Origin: Spirochaetaceae bacterium
GTDB lineage: Bacteria > Spirochaetota > Spirochaetia > DSM-2461
Assembly (NCBI GenBank): GCA_051531975.1
Contig: JAOPTT010000002.1
Location: 185,968-249,967, forward strand
DNA length: 64,000 bases
Reading direction: 5' to 3'
Both the position numbers and the translations under genes were made by a program. Below are positions 49,212 through 59,296 of this stretch, piece by piece. How positions within the stretch are numbered: the stretch's first letter is position 1; every line of letters begins with the position of its first letter. The notes beneath the pieces are model-generated. The model worked only from the letters and a program-made list of their open reading frames with translations, was not told where the DNA came from and did not search any database.

Positions 49212-51323
49212 TTCTTCATTATCTGCTAATATTTTAAAAGCAGCACACTCTTCCTCTTCTATTCCAAAGAAACTATTATCAGATAGTTTACCAATTACAG
49301 CCTCTTTCTCTTTTGGGTTATCAAATGTAATACTTCTAAAGCTACATGTGTAATCCTTCTCCCTAGAAGTAAAAACCCGATCTTTAATCTCTAATCTTGT
49401 TTCTACAGCCTCAGAAATAGATCTTAACCACATATCATTATCAATTACTGTTACACCGTTTAAGGTTTTAAGGCTATCTAGTGCGTTTTGGGCTCTATCC
49501 TCTTTATATAACATAGAACAAACTCTGTAGTTATCGTGTACATCATCCCAACTAGAGATTCCACCATTTACAACCTGGGATGTAATAAAATCAACACGTT
49601 CTTTTGGTATAAATTGACCACCACAATTAACCCACAGGGCTGGTGTTAATAGGCCGTTACCTTTAAGTATAGACTTTGAACCACCATCGTTTATATATTC
49701 TAATATAGCAGAAACAGAGTAATAATTAATCATCTTTTTATACTCATTGTAAGCCTCTGCTGGTTTATGAATTAATACTTCATGGTTTTTATTCTCTATA
49801 GATGTACTGTATACTGAAAAGTTACCAAAATCATCGTAGTTTGTTAATAACTCCTCTCCAGTTATATCCTCTTTTGATATTTTTCTGTGGGAGTACTCTG
49901 CACATTTCTCCAAGAACGTAAGTGCATTTATCATCTCTGCTACTGTATCTGGAGCAAGAAAATTAAAATCAAAGTTAGGGAAGTTTTCAGTCCTACCATC
50001 TCTGGCTCCATACTTCCAACTATTTCTTTTTAATGCAAACATATTATGTTTAAACCAATACCCAGGATATACTTCTAGTTTCCCCCCTGTATTTAGAGAG
50101 AGTAGTGAAAATGGTAATGGATTATTAATCTCGTGGGAATAACTTCCTTTCACAATAATATTAAATGATGAAAACTTAGAATCATGTTTTAAACTACAGT
50201 TTAAACCTGGCCAAAATCCACGGCCTGCAACTATCTCACCATCGTTTTTTCTTGAGTTATGATTACTACCAACAGTTGCACCAGAAGCTATATTTGTCTG
50301 CCCTTGAAGTACTGACGCAATTAAAAATGAACTATTATGATGCTGTTCATGGCCTGGGAAGATAAAAGAGTTTAGAACCTCACAACAACTGATTGTTGAG
50401 TTCTCTCCTAATATAGAGTTAATTAACCTGGCACCATACTTTAACGATGAGTGATCCATTAACTGAAACCGTACAGCCATTGCACCATAAAATATTTTAC
50501 AGCCTTGGCCAATAATTCCATTTACAAGAGTACAGCCCTCACCTATTTGAGTTCTATGCCCTCTATTACTTTTAATAGTTAGGTTTTTAAGTTTATTACA
50601 ACCTTTAATATAAGCATCTTCTCCAATAACAACATCTTTTATAATTCTGGAGTTTTTAATTACAGTTCTGTCCCCTATAATTCCGTAATAACCCCTTTCT
50701 GAGGAGTATTCGTTTTCTACAAACTCTTTAAACTTTGCCATTAATTCAGAGTTATCCCTGTATTTATACCAGAGGTACGCATCTGGTGTTAACATTTTTG
50801 CAAATGGTAAAACTTCTCTACCCCCGGCTTCGTTGGCAATTTCAAGTTCAATTCGGCCTTTAGGATCGTCACCCTCTTTTACAATTCCGTTACCAAACTT
50901 AGCATGATCCGATGTAACTAGCTCGTTAATATCTTTTAATATTACCTGCTCACCTAATATAAAGTGAGACATAAATGATACATTGTTTACTGAACAGTTT
51001 TTACCAATATCACATGAACCAATTTGTGAATCGTATAAACCTACAGGTACAACTAAATCGTGGAACTCTAATGATATCTGCTCCATATCTGAGATACGAA
51101 CTGTTCCTGTAAAGTAACAGTGTTTTACCTGTAAAGGCTCAAACATATCTGTTACTAATATTTTAGACCAGTCGTGACACCTGTTCTTTTGCATTTCTAA
51201 TAACTCTATCTCGTTTCTTGTAAGTGCCCTATATTGGCTATTTTCTCTGCCTGATTGATCTATTCTTAACTGATTATATTCTTCTGTTGACCCATCTAGT
51301 GGTAGTATATTGATTTTATTCAT
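49194..51323 (-). CDS. DUF4954 family protein (left-handed beta-helix-like)
   Basis: YRALTRNEIELLE..N.C.DW, NEAGGREV, TISCCEVLN, HEQHHNSSFLIA, ATVGSNHNSR. Confidence 0.8.
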   Translation of the reverse strand: MNKINILPLDGSTEEYNQLRIDQSGRENSQYRALTRNEIELLEMQKNRCHDWSKILVTDMFEPLQVKHCYFTGTVRISDMEQISLEFHDLVVPVGLYDSQIGSCDIGKNCSVNNVSFMSHFILGEQVILKDINELVTSDHAKFGNGIVKEGDDPKGRIELEIANEAGGREVLPFAKMLTPDAYLWYKYRDNSELMAKFKEFVENEYSSERGYYGIIGDRTVIKNSRIIKDVVIGEDAYIKGCNKLKNLTIKSNRGHRTQIGEGCTLVNGIIGQGCKIFYGAMAVRFQLMDHSSLKYGARLINSILGENSTISCCEVLNSFIFPGHEQHHNSSFLIASVLQGQTNIASGATVGSNHNSRKNDGEIVAGRGFWPGLNCSLKHDSKFSSFNIIVKGSYSHEINNPLPFSLLSLNTGGKLEVYPGYWFKHNMFALKRNSWKYGARDGRTENFPNFDFNFLAPDTVAEMINALTFLEKCAEYSHRKISKEDITGEELLTNYDDFGNFSVYSTSIENKNHEVLIHKPAEAYNEYKKMINYYSVSAILEYINDGGSKSILKGNGLLTPALWVNCGGQFIPKERVDFITSQVVNGGISSWDDVHDNYRVCSMLYKEDRAQNALDSLKTLNGVTVIDNDMWLRSISEAVETRLEIKDRVFTSREKDYTCSFRSITFDNPKEKEAVIGKLSDNSFFGIEEEECAAFKILADNEELQKIF

Positions 51324-51447
51324 AACATATTATACAAACATTATTTATTTTTTGCACTTAAAATTGTAAAATAATGTACTATCTACTTAACATAAGTAGA
51401 GACAATTAGTATCATACACCAAACAAACTAATTAAAGGGAGAATATA

Positions 51448-53343
51448 ATGTCCATTATAGTTGATAAAATGACAGGTTTTAATTTGGGAAATCCAGAGTT
51501 AAAACCATTTAATAGTTTAGATATAACTTTACAAGAGGTTCAGGAATCTCTTAAACCAATGATTCTATCAGCATCTGGATGGAGAAAGGTTTTTGCAAAT
51601 GGTGGGGACGAAGAGTCAACAACTCCTGAAATCTCTAATACTGATAAAGTATTAGCATCAGCAATGGCTTTAGTATTCTCTAATTTTGTAAAAGAAAAAA
51701 CTGGTATAAGTAACCCAGAGATTGTATTAGCTCAGGATAGTAGACATACCGGGACAGCAATTGCAGACTGTATGATTAGACTGTTTATAGCTGAAGGTTT
51801 AACTATTCAATATCTGTTTATATCAGCGGCTCCAGAGGCTTTCTGTTATACAAAAATGGATAAAAAAGCTGACGGTTTTGCATATATCTCCGCAAGTCAT
51901 AACCCTATTGGACATAACGGTGTTAAGTTTGGTCTTAATACAGGTGGTGTTATAGACGGAACAATGGCTAAACCTCTGATTGAGAAATATAAGGAAGCTT
52001 TATCAAACCAGGAAAATATAGATAGTCTAATGGCAAAAGCTAATAGTGCAAATTCTGACAAGATAACTGAAGTTTATAATTCATCATCACAATACAGAGT
52101 TGCTGCTAAAAAAGCTTATACAGAATTTACTAACTTAGTAATTTCAGGTTCTACTGATACCCAGGTACAAAAGACATTTTTAAGTGACTTAAAGTCTAAA
52201 ATAGAAAAAAATGGATTTGGTATTGTTGCCGAGTTTAATGGTAGTGCTAGAACAGAGACAATAGATAGTGATTATCTGAATTCTATTGGTGTTAAAGTTA
52301 AAAGAGTTAACGATAAACCAAGACAGATTACCCATAGAATAGTACCAGAAGGTCGAAGTTTAAACCTTTGTAAAGAGGTATTAGAAGCTGAGTATAAAAA
52401 TGACAGTACTTTTGCTCTAGGTTATGTTCCAGATAACGATGGAGACCGGGGAAATGTTGTTTTTTACAATACTAAAAAAGGTGAAGCTGAAATCATAGAA
52501 GCACAGACTGTTTTTGCAATCTCTGTATTAGCTGAACTTTCATCTCTTTATTACAACGGTGGCCAGCCAGGTAAAGTAGCTGTTTGTGTTAACGGCCCTA
52601 CTTCCATGAGAATAGATGCCATGACAAAATGTTTTGGTGCAGAGACTTTTAGAGCAGAGGTTGGGGAAGCAAATGTTGTTAACCTGGCAGTTGCAAAAAG
52701 AGAGGAAGGTTATACTGTTCGAATCTTAGGTGAAGGATCAAATGGTGGTAACATCACTTTCCCTGCTGCAGTAAGGGATCCTTTAAATACAATTTCTGCA
52801 ATAATGAAGCTCTTAATGTTAACCTCGGAAGCTGATAACAAAGGTCTATTTGAAATTTGGTGTCAAAAAAGTAACCAGATGGATAAATACAAAATTGACT
52901 TCACTCTCTCCGACGTTATAGATTCTATTCCAGCTTTTATTACTACTAGTGCTTATGAAGATAGAGCTATGTTAAAAATTAAGAGTGAATCCCATGCTGT
53001 TTTAAAAAAGAACTACGAAGAACTATTTTTACAGGAGTGGGAACTTAAAAAAGTCATTCTTAAAGAGAAATACAACATAACTAGTTACCAAGAGATAAAC
53101 AGTGAAGGTCTAAATGAAGTTATCGGAATGGGTCCACATACTAGATCTGGTGCGGAATCTGGTGGTTTAAAGATTTTATTAAAAGATAACAATAACCAAA
53201 ACTCTGCATATCTATGGATGAGGGGTTCTGGAACAGAGCCTGTATTTAGAGTTTTAGTTGATTCAAAATCAGATAACTTAGAAAAAGAGGCTTTCCTATT
53301 AGATTGGCATACAAATATGATTAAAATTGCAGATACTAAATAG
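51448..53343 (+). CDS. Alpha-D-phosphohexomutase (PGM/PMM) family protein
   Basis: ISASHNP phosphoserine loop, PDNDGDR metal loop, GEGSNGG, RGSGTEP. Confidence 0.9.
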   Translation: MSIIVDKMTGFNLGNPELKPFNSLDITLQEVQESLKPMILSASGWRKVFANGGDEESTTPEISNTDKVLASAMALVFSNFVKEKTGISNPEIVLAQDSRHTGTAIADCMIRLFIAEGLTIQYLFISAAPEAFCYTKMDKKADGFAYISASHNPIGHNGVKFGLNTGGVIDGTMAKPLIEKYKEALSNQENIDSLMAKANSANSDKITEVYNSSSQYRVAAKKAYTEFTNLVISGSTDTQVQKTFLSDLKSKIEKNGFGIVAEFNGSARTETIDSDYLNSIGVKVKRVNDKPRQITHRIVPEGRSLNLCKEVLEAEYKNDSTFALGYVPDNDGDRGNVVFYNTKKGEAEIIEAQTVFAISVLAELSSLYYNGGQPGKVAVCVNGPTSMRIDAMTKCFGAETFRAEVGEANVVNLAVAKREEGYTVRILGEGSNGGNITFPAAVRDPLNTISAIMKLLMLTSEADNKGLFEIWCQKSNQMDKYKIDFTLSDVIDSIPAFITTSAYEDRAMLKIKSESHAVLKKNYEELFLQEWELKKVILKEKYNITSYQEINSEGLNEVIGMGPHTRSGAESGGLKILLKDNNNQNSAYLWMRGSGTEPVFRVLVDSKSDNLEKEAFLLDWHTNMIKIADTK

Positions 53344-53350
53344 TAAGAAA

Positions 53351-53387
53351 TAAGCAATCTAGATCTTATAATTATCTAGGTTGCTTA
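53351..53387. terminator. Hairpin between convergent genes
   Basis: TAAGCAATCTAGAT-N9-ATCTAGGTTGCTTA. Confidence 0.6.
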
Positions 53388-53398
53388 ATAAAGTAGTC

Positions 53399-54820
53399 CT
53401 AACCTCTAAACCTAAATAGGAACTTTAATAGCCTTCTATTTCTACTGTTAAACAGTTTAGATGAATAATAGTTACCTGCAACCTCTCTATGTATCTCGCC
53501 AAGTGTTGGATATGGATATATTGGAGACAAAAATGTTGACAGTTTTTTACCAATTGTCATTATAGATGGAAGAATCAATTCACCTGCACTATAAGAAACA
53601 ATCTGTGTACCAATAACTCTATCTTTTTTATCAATTAATACCTTAATTTTACCTTCTGTTTTTCCCTCGGCATGGGCACGGTCTATATCATCAACTTCCG
53701 CTTCTACTACTTTATAAAATATCCCAGCTTCTTTAGCTCTGACTTCGTTATACCCAATAGAGGAAATCTCTGGTTTTGTATAAGTACACCAAGGAACAAC
53801 CTGATAGTTCATTTTACTTTTTATACCAAATATATTTTTCTTTATTGCATTGGAAGCTTCAGCTCCCGCAACATGGGTAAAGAGGAACTTTCCGTTACAG
53901 TCTCCTATTGCCATAATGTGTTTTTGTGATGTTCTAAGGTATTTATCAACTTTAATAAAACTATTTTTTAGATCTATACCAATATCCTCTAACCCTAAAC
54001 CAGATGTATTTCCTTCTCTACCTACAGATAATAAAATAGTATCGGCTTCGACACATAAATTTTTAGCATGACCGGTATAAAGAACTCTTTTAGTATGATG
54101 AAACTCAGTTACACTATTTATTTTTGCATTAAATATAAGTTCAACACCTGAATTTAGTAGATCGTCCTGTACTATTTTTGACATATCAGAATCTTCTTTA
54201 GGCAAAATTGTAGCTGAATCTGTTATAATTGTTACCTTTGTTCCCAATTTAGATAAAGCCTGACTTAGCTCTATACCTATAGGTCCCGCACCTATTGTAA
54301 CCAGTGTTTTAGGTAATTTTTTAAGTGAAAAAATATCTCTATTAGTTATATACCCAGTATCTTTTAAACCTGGGATATTAATAAACCTTGGAGATGAACC
54401 AGTTGCTATAATTATTTTTTTTGAAGATAATTCATCACCGTTTTTAAGTTGAAGAGTATATTTATCTTTGAACTTTACTGTTGTTAAATAGACGTCACAA
54501 CCTAAATCCCTAAACCGCTGTGGGGAGTCGTGGTATTCTAGATCCTTAATTATATTTTGTACCCTATCGTTTATTAGTTGCATATCAACTTCAGGTTTTT
54601 TTATTTTAGGTAGGCCTAACTTTTCAGTATGGGACATACTCTCATAAAAATCCGCAGATTTAATTAAACTTTTACTTGGAACACAACCAAAATGCAGACA
54701 GGCTCCACCTAACTGCCCTTTATCTATTAATGCGGTTTTAAGTCCTAATTGTGCTGCACCGGAAGCAACAGACAGTCCCGCGGCTCCACCACCAATAATA
54801 ATAATATCATGGCTAAACAT
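53399..54820 (-). CDS. Class I pyridine nucleotide-disulfide oxidoreductase (LpdA/MerA-like, no MerA C-terminal Cys pair)
   Basis: IIGGGAAG, GGACLHFGCVPSK, IGAGPIG, FTHVA, IYPYPTLGE. Confidence 0.88.
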   Translation of the reverse strand: MFSHDIIIIGGGAAGLSVASGAAQLGLKTALIDKGQLGGACLHFGCVPSKSLIKSADFYESMSHTEKLGLPKIKKPEVDMQLINDRVQNIIKDLEYHDSPQRFRDLGCDVYLTTVKFKDKYTLQLKNGDELSSKKIIIATGSSPRFINIPGLKDTGYITNRDIFSLKKLPKTLVTIGAGPIGIELSQALSKLGTKVTIITDSATILPKEDSDMSKIVQDDLLNSGVELIFNAKINSVTEFHHTKRVLYTGHAKNLCVEADTILLSVGREGNTSGLGLEDIGIDLKNSFIKVDKYLRTSQKHIMAIGDCNGKFLFTHVAGAEASNAIKKNIFGIKSKMNYQVVPWCTYTKPEISSIGYNEVRAKEAGIFYKVVEAEVDDIDRAHAEGKTEGKIKVLIDKKDRVIGTQIVSYSAGELILPSIMTIGKKLSTFLSPIYPYPTLGEIHREVAGNYYSSKLFNSRNRRLLKFLFRFRG

Positions 54821-55499
54821 CTTTTTTACCTTTTATTTTTTTGACAATAACTGGAACTAGGGATAACAACCCTAATAGAACAAAAGCTATAATAACCTCT
54901 TTTGACAGTAGTGGACCTTCAACGACCGTAGTTGTTCCTGCATATCCTAAATAGGCATAAATAATTGAACCTGGTATAATTCCCACCGAAGTAGTCCATA
55001 TAAACTTTTTAGCAGAAACATTTGTTAAACCTGCTAATATGTTAATTAAGAAAAATGGAAATAGTGGTATAAACCTAAGTGTTAATAGGTAGTTAGAACC
55101 ATTTTTGTCAAGCTCATTATTAAACTTTTTTAGCTGAGGTTCATACTTTTGTTGAACACTATTCCCTAGTAGGTATCTTGTTATTAAAAAGATTATTAAC
55201 GCACCAATTGTTGCACCAACATTTATGTAAATAGGGGCAAAAACAGGACCAAATAAAAAACCTCCGGTAATAGTTAATAAAGTAGCTCCCGGAACTGATA
55301 AGGCTACTGTTAATATATAAACTAGTATAAAAATAACCGTAGTAGGAATATAGTATTGTTCAACTTGATTTAATAAAAGATCCCTACTTTCTGTTATTCT
55401 AGATAGATCTATAAGCTGACCTACATTTGTAAATTTTATTATAATAAATAGGGCTATTATACTAACTAATAATACTGTTTTTTTAATATTTTTCTTCAT
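54813..55499 (-). CDS. TVP38/TMEM64 (YdjX/DedA-like) membrane protein
   Basis: LSVPGATLLTITGGFLFG, LRFIPLFPFFLIN. Confidence 0.92.
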   Translation of the reverse strand: MKKNIKKTVLLVSIIALFIIIKFTNVGQLIDLSRITESRDLLLNQVEQYYIPTTVIFILVYILTVALSVPGATLLTITGGFLFGPVFAPIYINVGATIGALIIFLITRYLLGNSVQQKYEPQLKKFNNELDKNGSNYLLTLRFIPLFPFFLINILAGLTNVSAKKFIWTTSVGIIPGSIIYAYLGYAGTTTVVEGPLLSKEVIIAFVLLGLLSLVPVIVKKIKGKKDV

Positions 55500-56250
55500 G
55501 CAGTAATCTCCTATGTAAAACCTCTATAAGTGTAAATAGAACAATTGGAATCAGTAAAAATATTATTGATAAAACTGATGATATATTTAAATCTTCAGAC
55601 CTTAAAAATGGAACAAGATAACCAGTAAATGAATTTACCCTTCCCCCTCCAATTAAAAAGACTAAAAAGTAAGATGAAAAAGATGATAAAAACACAACTG
55701 TCCCCCCTGATATGACAGAGGGTAATAGTAGTGGCAGATGAACTTTAACTATTCTAGTAAATAAGTTTGCACCAAGATTTTTTGCGCTTACATCTAAGTT
55801 GTGAGAGTATAGAGAAAAACCAGCAATTAGGGATCTTAATAGGTATGGATAAGAAAACATTGTTAAAACTATTGTTACTCCTATAAAACTGTCAGATAGT
55901 CCTAATTTAATAAATATCCAGTGAATTCCCATAGAATAGGTTATAGATGGTATTAAAACTGGAGATAGTAGTAGAGCCTCTAATATACTCTTTCCAACAA
56001 ACTCATTCCTTGCTAAATAGGATGCTGGTAATATTGTAATAAGCAGAGAAAAAACAACTGATAACAGTGAAAAACCCAAGGATGTAAATATCGATAAGGT
56101 TATAGGGTTTATATTTTTAACTAAAAACTTTATCCCTCTTAAATTATAGCTTCTAGGTAGTAGATCAGGGTATTTCCAGATCCCTACAAATATATAAAAT
56201 ACTAAAAATAGTGGAGGTATTAAAAAGAATAAAACAAAGATCTTTTTCAT
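55483..56250 (-). CDS. ABC transporter permease (YnjC C-terminal half-like)
   Basis: 6 TM, SAKNLGA, VHLPLLLP, FSSYFLVFLIGGG. Confidence 0.85.
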   Translation of the reverse strand: MKKIFVLFFLIPPLFLVFYIFVGIWKYPDLLPRSYNLRGIKFLVKNINPITLSIFTSLGFSLLSVVFSLLITILPASYLARNEFVGKSILEALLLSPVLIPSITYSMGIHWIFIKLGLSDSFIGVTIVLTMFSYPYLLRSLIAGFSLYSHNLDVSAKNLGANLFTRIVKVHLPLLLPSVISGGTVVFLSSFSSYFLVFLIGGGRVNSFTGYLVPFLRSEDLNISSVLSIIFLLIPIVLFTLIEVLHRRLLHEEKY

Positions 56251-57113
56251 AATTTCCTCCCTACAATTGATATTTTCCTAACAAAAAATGTATATAAAAC
56301 AACAAATAGAGAAGAAAATATAAACAGAATAATTAAAGATGCCATAGCAACAGGTCTTAAATCTAATCCCATTTCAAAATAAAGTTTGTATATATAAATA
56401 GGGATCATCTCAGGTCTACTAGCACCTAATAAAAATGGTATTTCAAATGAACCTAAACTAAATAAAAATAGAATAATAAATGTACTGTTAATTACAGGTT
56501 TTAAAATTGGAATAAGTATCTTTGAAAAAATATCAAACTTGTTTCCTCCAAGATTTTTAGCTGCTATAATTAGATTATTATCGATTTTAGAGTATATAGC
56601 TAATTGTAAAAGTATAACAAATGGAACTTCTTTATATATATAAGCAAATATAATACCTAAACCATGTTCCCCACTTATAATATTGGGGAACTCTGCTGAA
56701 CTAGTAATAATGTTTAACTTAAACAATAGGGTTGATATCAATCCACTATTTGAAAAAAATATTTGAACAAAAAAAGCTGCTATTATATGAGGTAAAATTA
56801 GTGGAATTTTATATAAGATAACCCACTTCTTATTTATCGAGGCCGTATCCCATAAATTATATGCAATAGATGAACCAATTGATATTGATAAAAAAGCGGA
56901 TAAAAAAGCTATTTTAATTGAGTATAAAAATGATGAAATAAACCACCGATCTTGAAACAACTGTCTATAAGAATCAAAACCAGTGTATATAGTTTTTGTC
57001 GGTGTTAAATAACCAACAGATTGTAAAAAAGCAAAAACAACTGCAAATAGGAAAAAGAGAATAAATGGAATTAGTATAGGCAGTAGTTTAAGTTTTTCAC
57101 TTTTTAAGAACAT
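56247..57113 (-). CDS. ABC transporter permease (YnjC N-terminal half-like)
   Basis: IPLILPHI, YKEVPF, AAKNLGG, SFEIPFLLG; start placed at ATG 57113. Confidence 0.85.
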   Translation of the reverse strand: MFLKSEKLKLLPILIPFILFFLFAVVFAFLQSVGYLTPTKTIYTGFDSYRQLFQDRWFISSFLYSIKIAFLSAFLSISIGSSIAYNLWDTASINKKWVILYKIPLILPHIIAAFFVQIFFSNSGLISTLLFKLNIITSSAEFPNIISGEHGLGIIFAYIYKEVPFVILLQLAIYSKIDNNLIIAAKNLGGNKFDIFSKILIPILKPVINSTFIILFLFSLGSFEIPFLLGASRPEMIPIYIYKLYFEMGLDLRPVAMASLIILFIFSSLFVVLYTFFVRKISIVGRKL

Positions 57114-58305
57114 ATTTATCCCAGCCTTTCTCCAAAGCTTCAAGATATTCTGATGGGATCTCTGGAACTGCATATTTATCTAGTGTATCAATACCTACTG
57201 TAGCTTTCCCTAGATCTAAAGAGAGGAACTTATCTGTATAGTTTGAACTTAGTTTATCCATTGATAAAACAGTAAAATCTCCCCAATTGTCTGGACTGTT
57301 TTTAGATAACTGAACCCCTGGAGATATCAATAGATTAGACAGTAGTAGTGCTCCAGCTCTATTAGGAGAGTTAAATGGAATTGCTGTATAATGCATATTG
57401 GATAAAGAGCCATCAGTAAAAATAAAACTTCTAACACTTTCTGGGTAAAGACCTTCATTTATCTTATTCTGAGCAGCAGTTTGGGTAAATGACATTGTAA
57501 ATCCAACTTCTCCTCTACTAAACAGTTTATCTAAAGCGGAGAGTTCTTTAGGATAATTTTTTCCTTTACTCCATAAATATGGTTCAAGTTCATTTAGATA
57601 ATCCCATAATACCTGGGATTTTTTTGTAAATAGTTCTAAATCAAACTTACCTTGGTACTGTTCATGCCCTCCAGTTAAAGAATAGAAGGCATGCTTAATA
57701 AATGCTGAGCCAGTAAAGTCTGGTGGCTGGGGATATGTAAATAACCCAGGATTACTTTTTGCCCAGCTAAGAAGTTCTTTAAAATTATTAGGATGATCTT
57801 TTATTTGTGCGCTATCATAAATATAGTTAAACTGGGCTTTCCCATATGGTAGTTCATAACCGTCTATTGGAAATCCACTATCAGATTCACTACTTTTTGG
57901 ATCTATATACATTTGAAAGTTTGGTAATTTATTAAGATAGGGACCATATAAAACCTCTGCTTGTTTAGCATTTTTAAAGTTTTCTCCATTAATCCAAACT
58001 AAATCGATATCTCCAATTAGCTTTTTAGCAGATTTTTCTACAATTAACTTATTAACAAAAACTGAAGCATCCATAGGAACTCGAACCAGCTTCATATCGT
58101 ATTTTATTTTTAGCTCTTTTGCGACATAATCATCTATCCAGCTGTTTATCTGTTCTGAACCACCCCACATGTAAAACCTAACTTCTGAACCTATTGCTAT
58201 TTTTTCTATTTCATTAAAATCTAGTGATTCAACTGAAACAACATTTTCTTTTTTACATGATAAAACTAATATTAAAATGGCTATTGTAACTATTTTTTTT
58301 AACAT
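57097..58305 (-). CDS. ynjB: ABC transporter substrate-binding lipoprotein, YnjB-like
   Basis: Lipobox VLSC; FYMWGGSEQIN, DLVWINGENF, FTYPQPPDFTGSAF, HYTAIPFNS. Confidence 0.88.
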   Translation of the reverse strand: MLKKIVTIAILILVLSCKKENVVSVESLDFNEIEKIAIGSEVRFYMWGGSEQINSWIDDYVAKELKIKYDMKLVRVPMDASVFVNKLIVEKSAKKLIGDIDLVWINGENFKNAKQAEVLYGPYLNKLPNFQMYIDPKSSESDSGFPIDGYELPYGKAQFNYIYDSAQIKDHPNNFKELLSWAKSNPGLFTYPQPPDFTGSAFIKHAFYSLTGGHEQYQGKFDLELFTKKSQVLWDYLNELEPYLWSKGKNYPKELSALDKLFSRGEVGFTMSFTQTAAQNKINEGLYPESVRSFIFTDGSLSNMHYTAIPFNSPNRAGALLLSNLLISPGVQLSKNSPDNWGDFTVLSMDKLSSNYTDKFLSLDLGKATVGIDTLDKYAVPEIPSEYLEALEKGWDKYVLKK

Positions 58306-58306
58306 T

Positions 58307-59266
58307 TTATTCCTCCATTAAATAATTATTAATATTTATAGAGACTCTATCTCTAACTTTTAAACTACTATTCATACTACAACTTATATAATTTAAACCA
58401 TTACAAATAACGATATATCGAATAGTTTCTCCGTTATATATAATGTTTTGAATCTGGGCGATGCTACTATCATCTTTTATAATTTCTATATCGTTTGCCC
58501 GTACACAAATATTACTCTTTGGTTGTATACCTTTAATATTTAGATGTCTAAATTCATTAATAGGGATTCGATTAACAGGTCCTATAAACTCAGCAGCCTT
58601 AACATTATGAGGAGAATTAAATAGATCTTTTGTAGTTCTAAGTTCTAATAATTCACCATCTAATAACACACCAATTTTATCGCTCATTGCAAATGCTTCC
58701 CTCTGATCATGTGTAACACATATTGTTGTTACATTAAAATCTTTTTGGGTTTTACGTATAAACTGAGCAGTATCTGACTTAAGGTTATAATCTAAATTTG
58801 CAAATGGTTCATCTAACAATAAAAGTGATGGCTCTACAACCATTGCCCTTGCTATTGCAACTCTCTGCTTCTCTCCTGCTGACAGTTCATCAGGGAATTT
58901 TTCTGTTTTATTTGATAAACCAAAATAGTCCAAATATTCTAATACTTTTGTTTTTATATACTCTTTTCCTAACTTTCTAGCTTTAAGCCCAAATGCAACA
59001 TTATTATAAACATCCATATGTGGAAATAGTTGATAATCTTGAAACACTATGATTCTAGGCCTGTCTTTTGATGGTTCTGGAATAAAAGACATGTTACCTG
59101 AACTTGGTTTTAATAGACCTGTAATTATTTTTAATAAAGTCGTTTTCCCTGCGCCTGAAGGTCCAATAATGGAGATAATATCACCATGACTAATTTCCAT
59201 GCTAACATCTTTTAATACAGTGTTTTCACCATATTTATAATAAATATTATTTAATTTGCACTGCAT
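58307..59266 (-). CDS. ABC transporter ATP-binding protein (YnjD/PotA-like)
   Basis: GPSGAGKT, VFQDYQLFPH, LSAGEKQR, LLLDEPF, VTHD. Confidence 0.93.
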   Translation of the reverse strand: MQCKLNNIYYKYGENTVLKDVSMEISHGDIISIIGPSGAGKTTLLKIITGLLKPSSGNMSFIPEPSKDRPRIIVFQDYQLFPHMDVYNNVAFGLKARKLGKEYIKTKVLEYLDYFGLSNKTEKFPDELSAGEKQRVAIARAMVVEPSLLLLDEPFANLDYNLKSDTAQFIRKTQKDFNVTTICVTHDQREAFAMSDKIGVLLDGELLELRTTKDLFNSPHNVKAAEFIGPVNRIPINEFRHLNIKGIQPKSNICVRANDIEIIKDDSSIAQIQNIIYNGETIRYIVICNGLNYISCSMNSSLKVRDRVSININNYLMEE

Positions 59267-59296
59267 AATTTGATTATCGTCTATAATTAAATTATG
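59264..59296. promoter_or_regulatory. Near-palindromic bidirectional promoter spanning both start codons
   Basis: CATAATTTGATTAT-CGTCT-ATAATTAAATTATG, 14-bp arms with one mismatch; TATAAT and GATAAT each 6 nt before an ATG. Confidence 0.65.

Noticed and set aside
53399..54820. Mercuric reductase MerA or dihydrolipoamide dehydrogenase
   Set aside because: No C-terminal Cys-Cys or mer genes; no 2-oxoacid dehydrogenase genes nearby and the catalytic His position is altered
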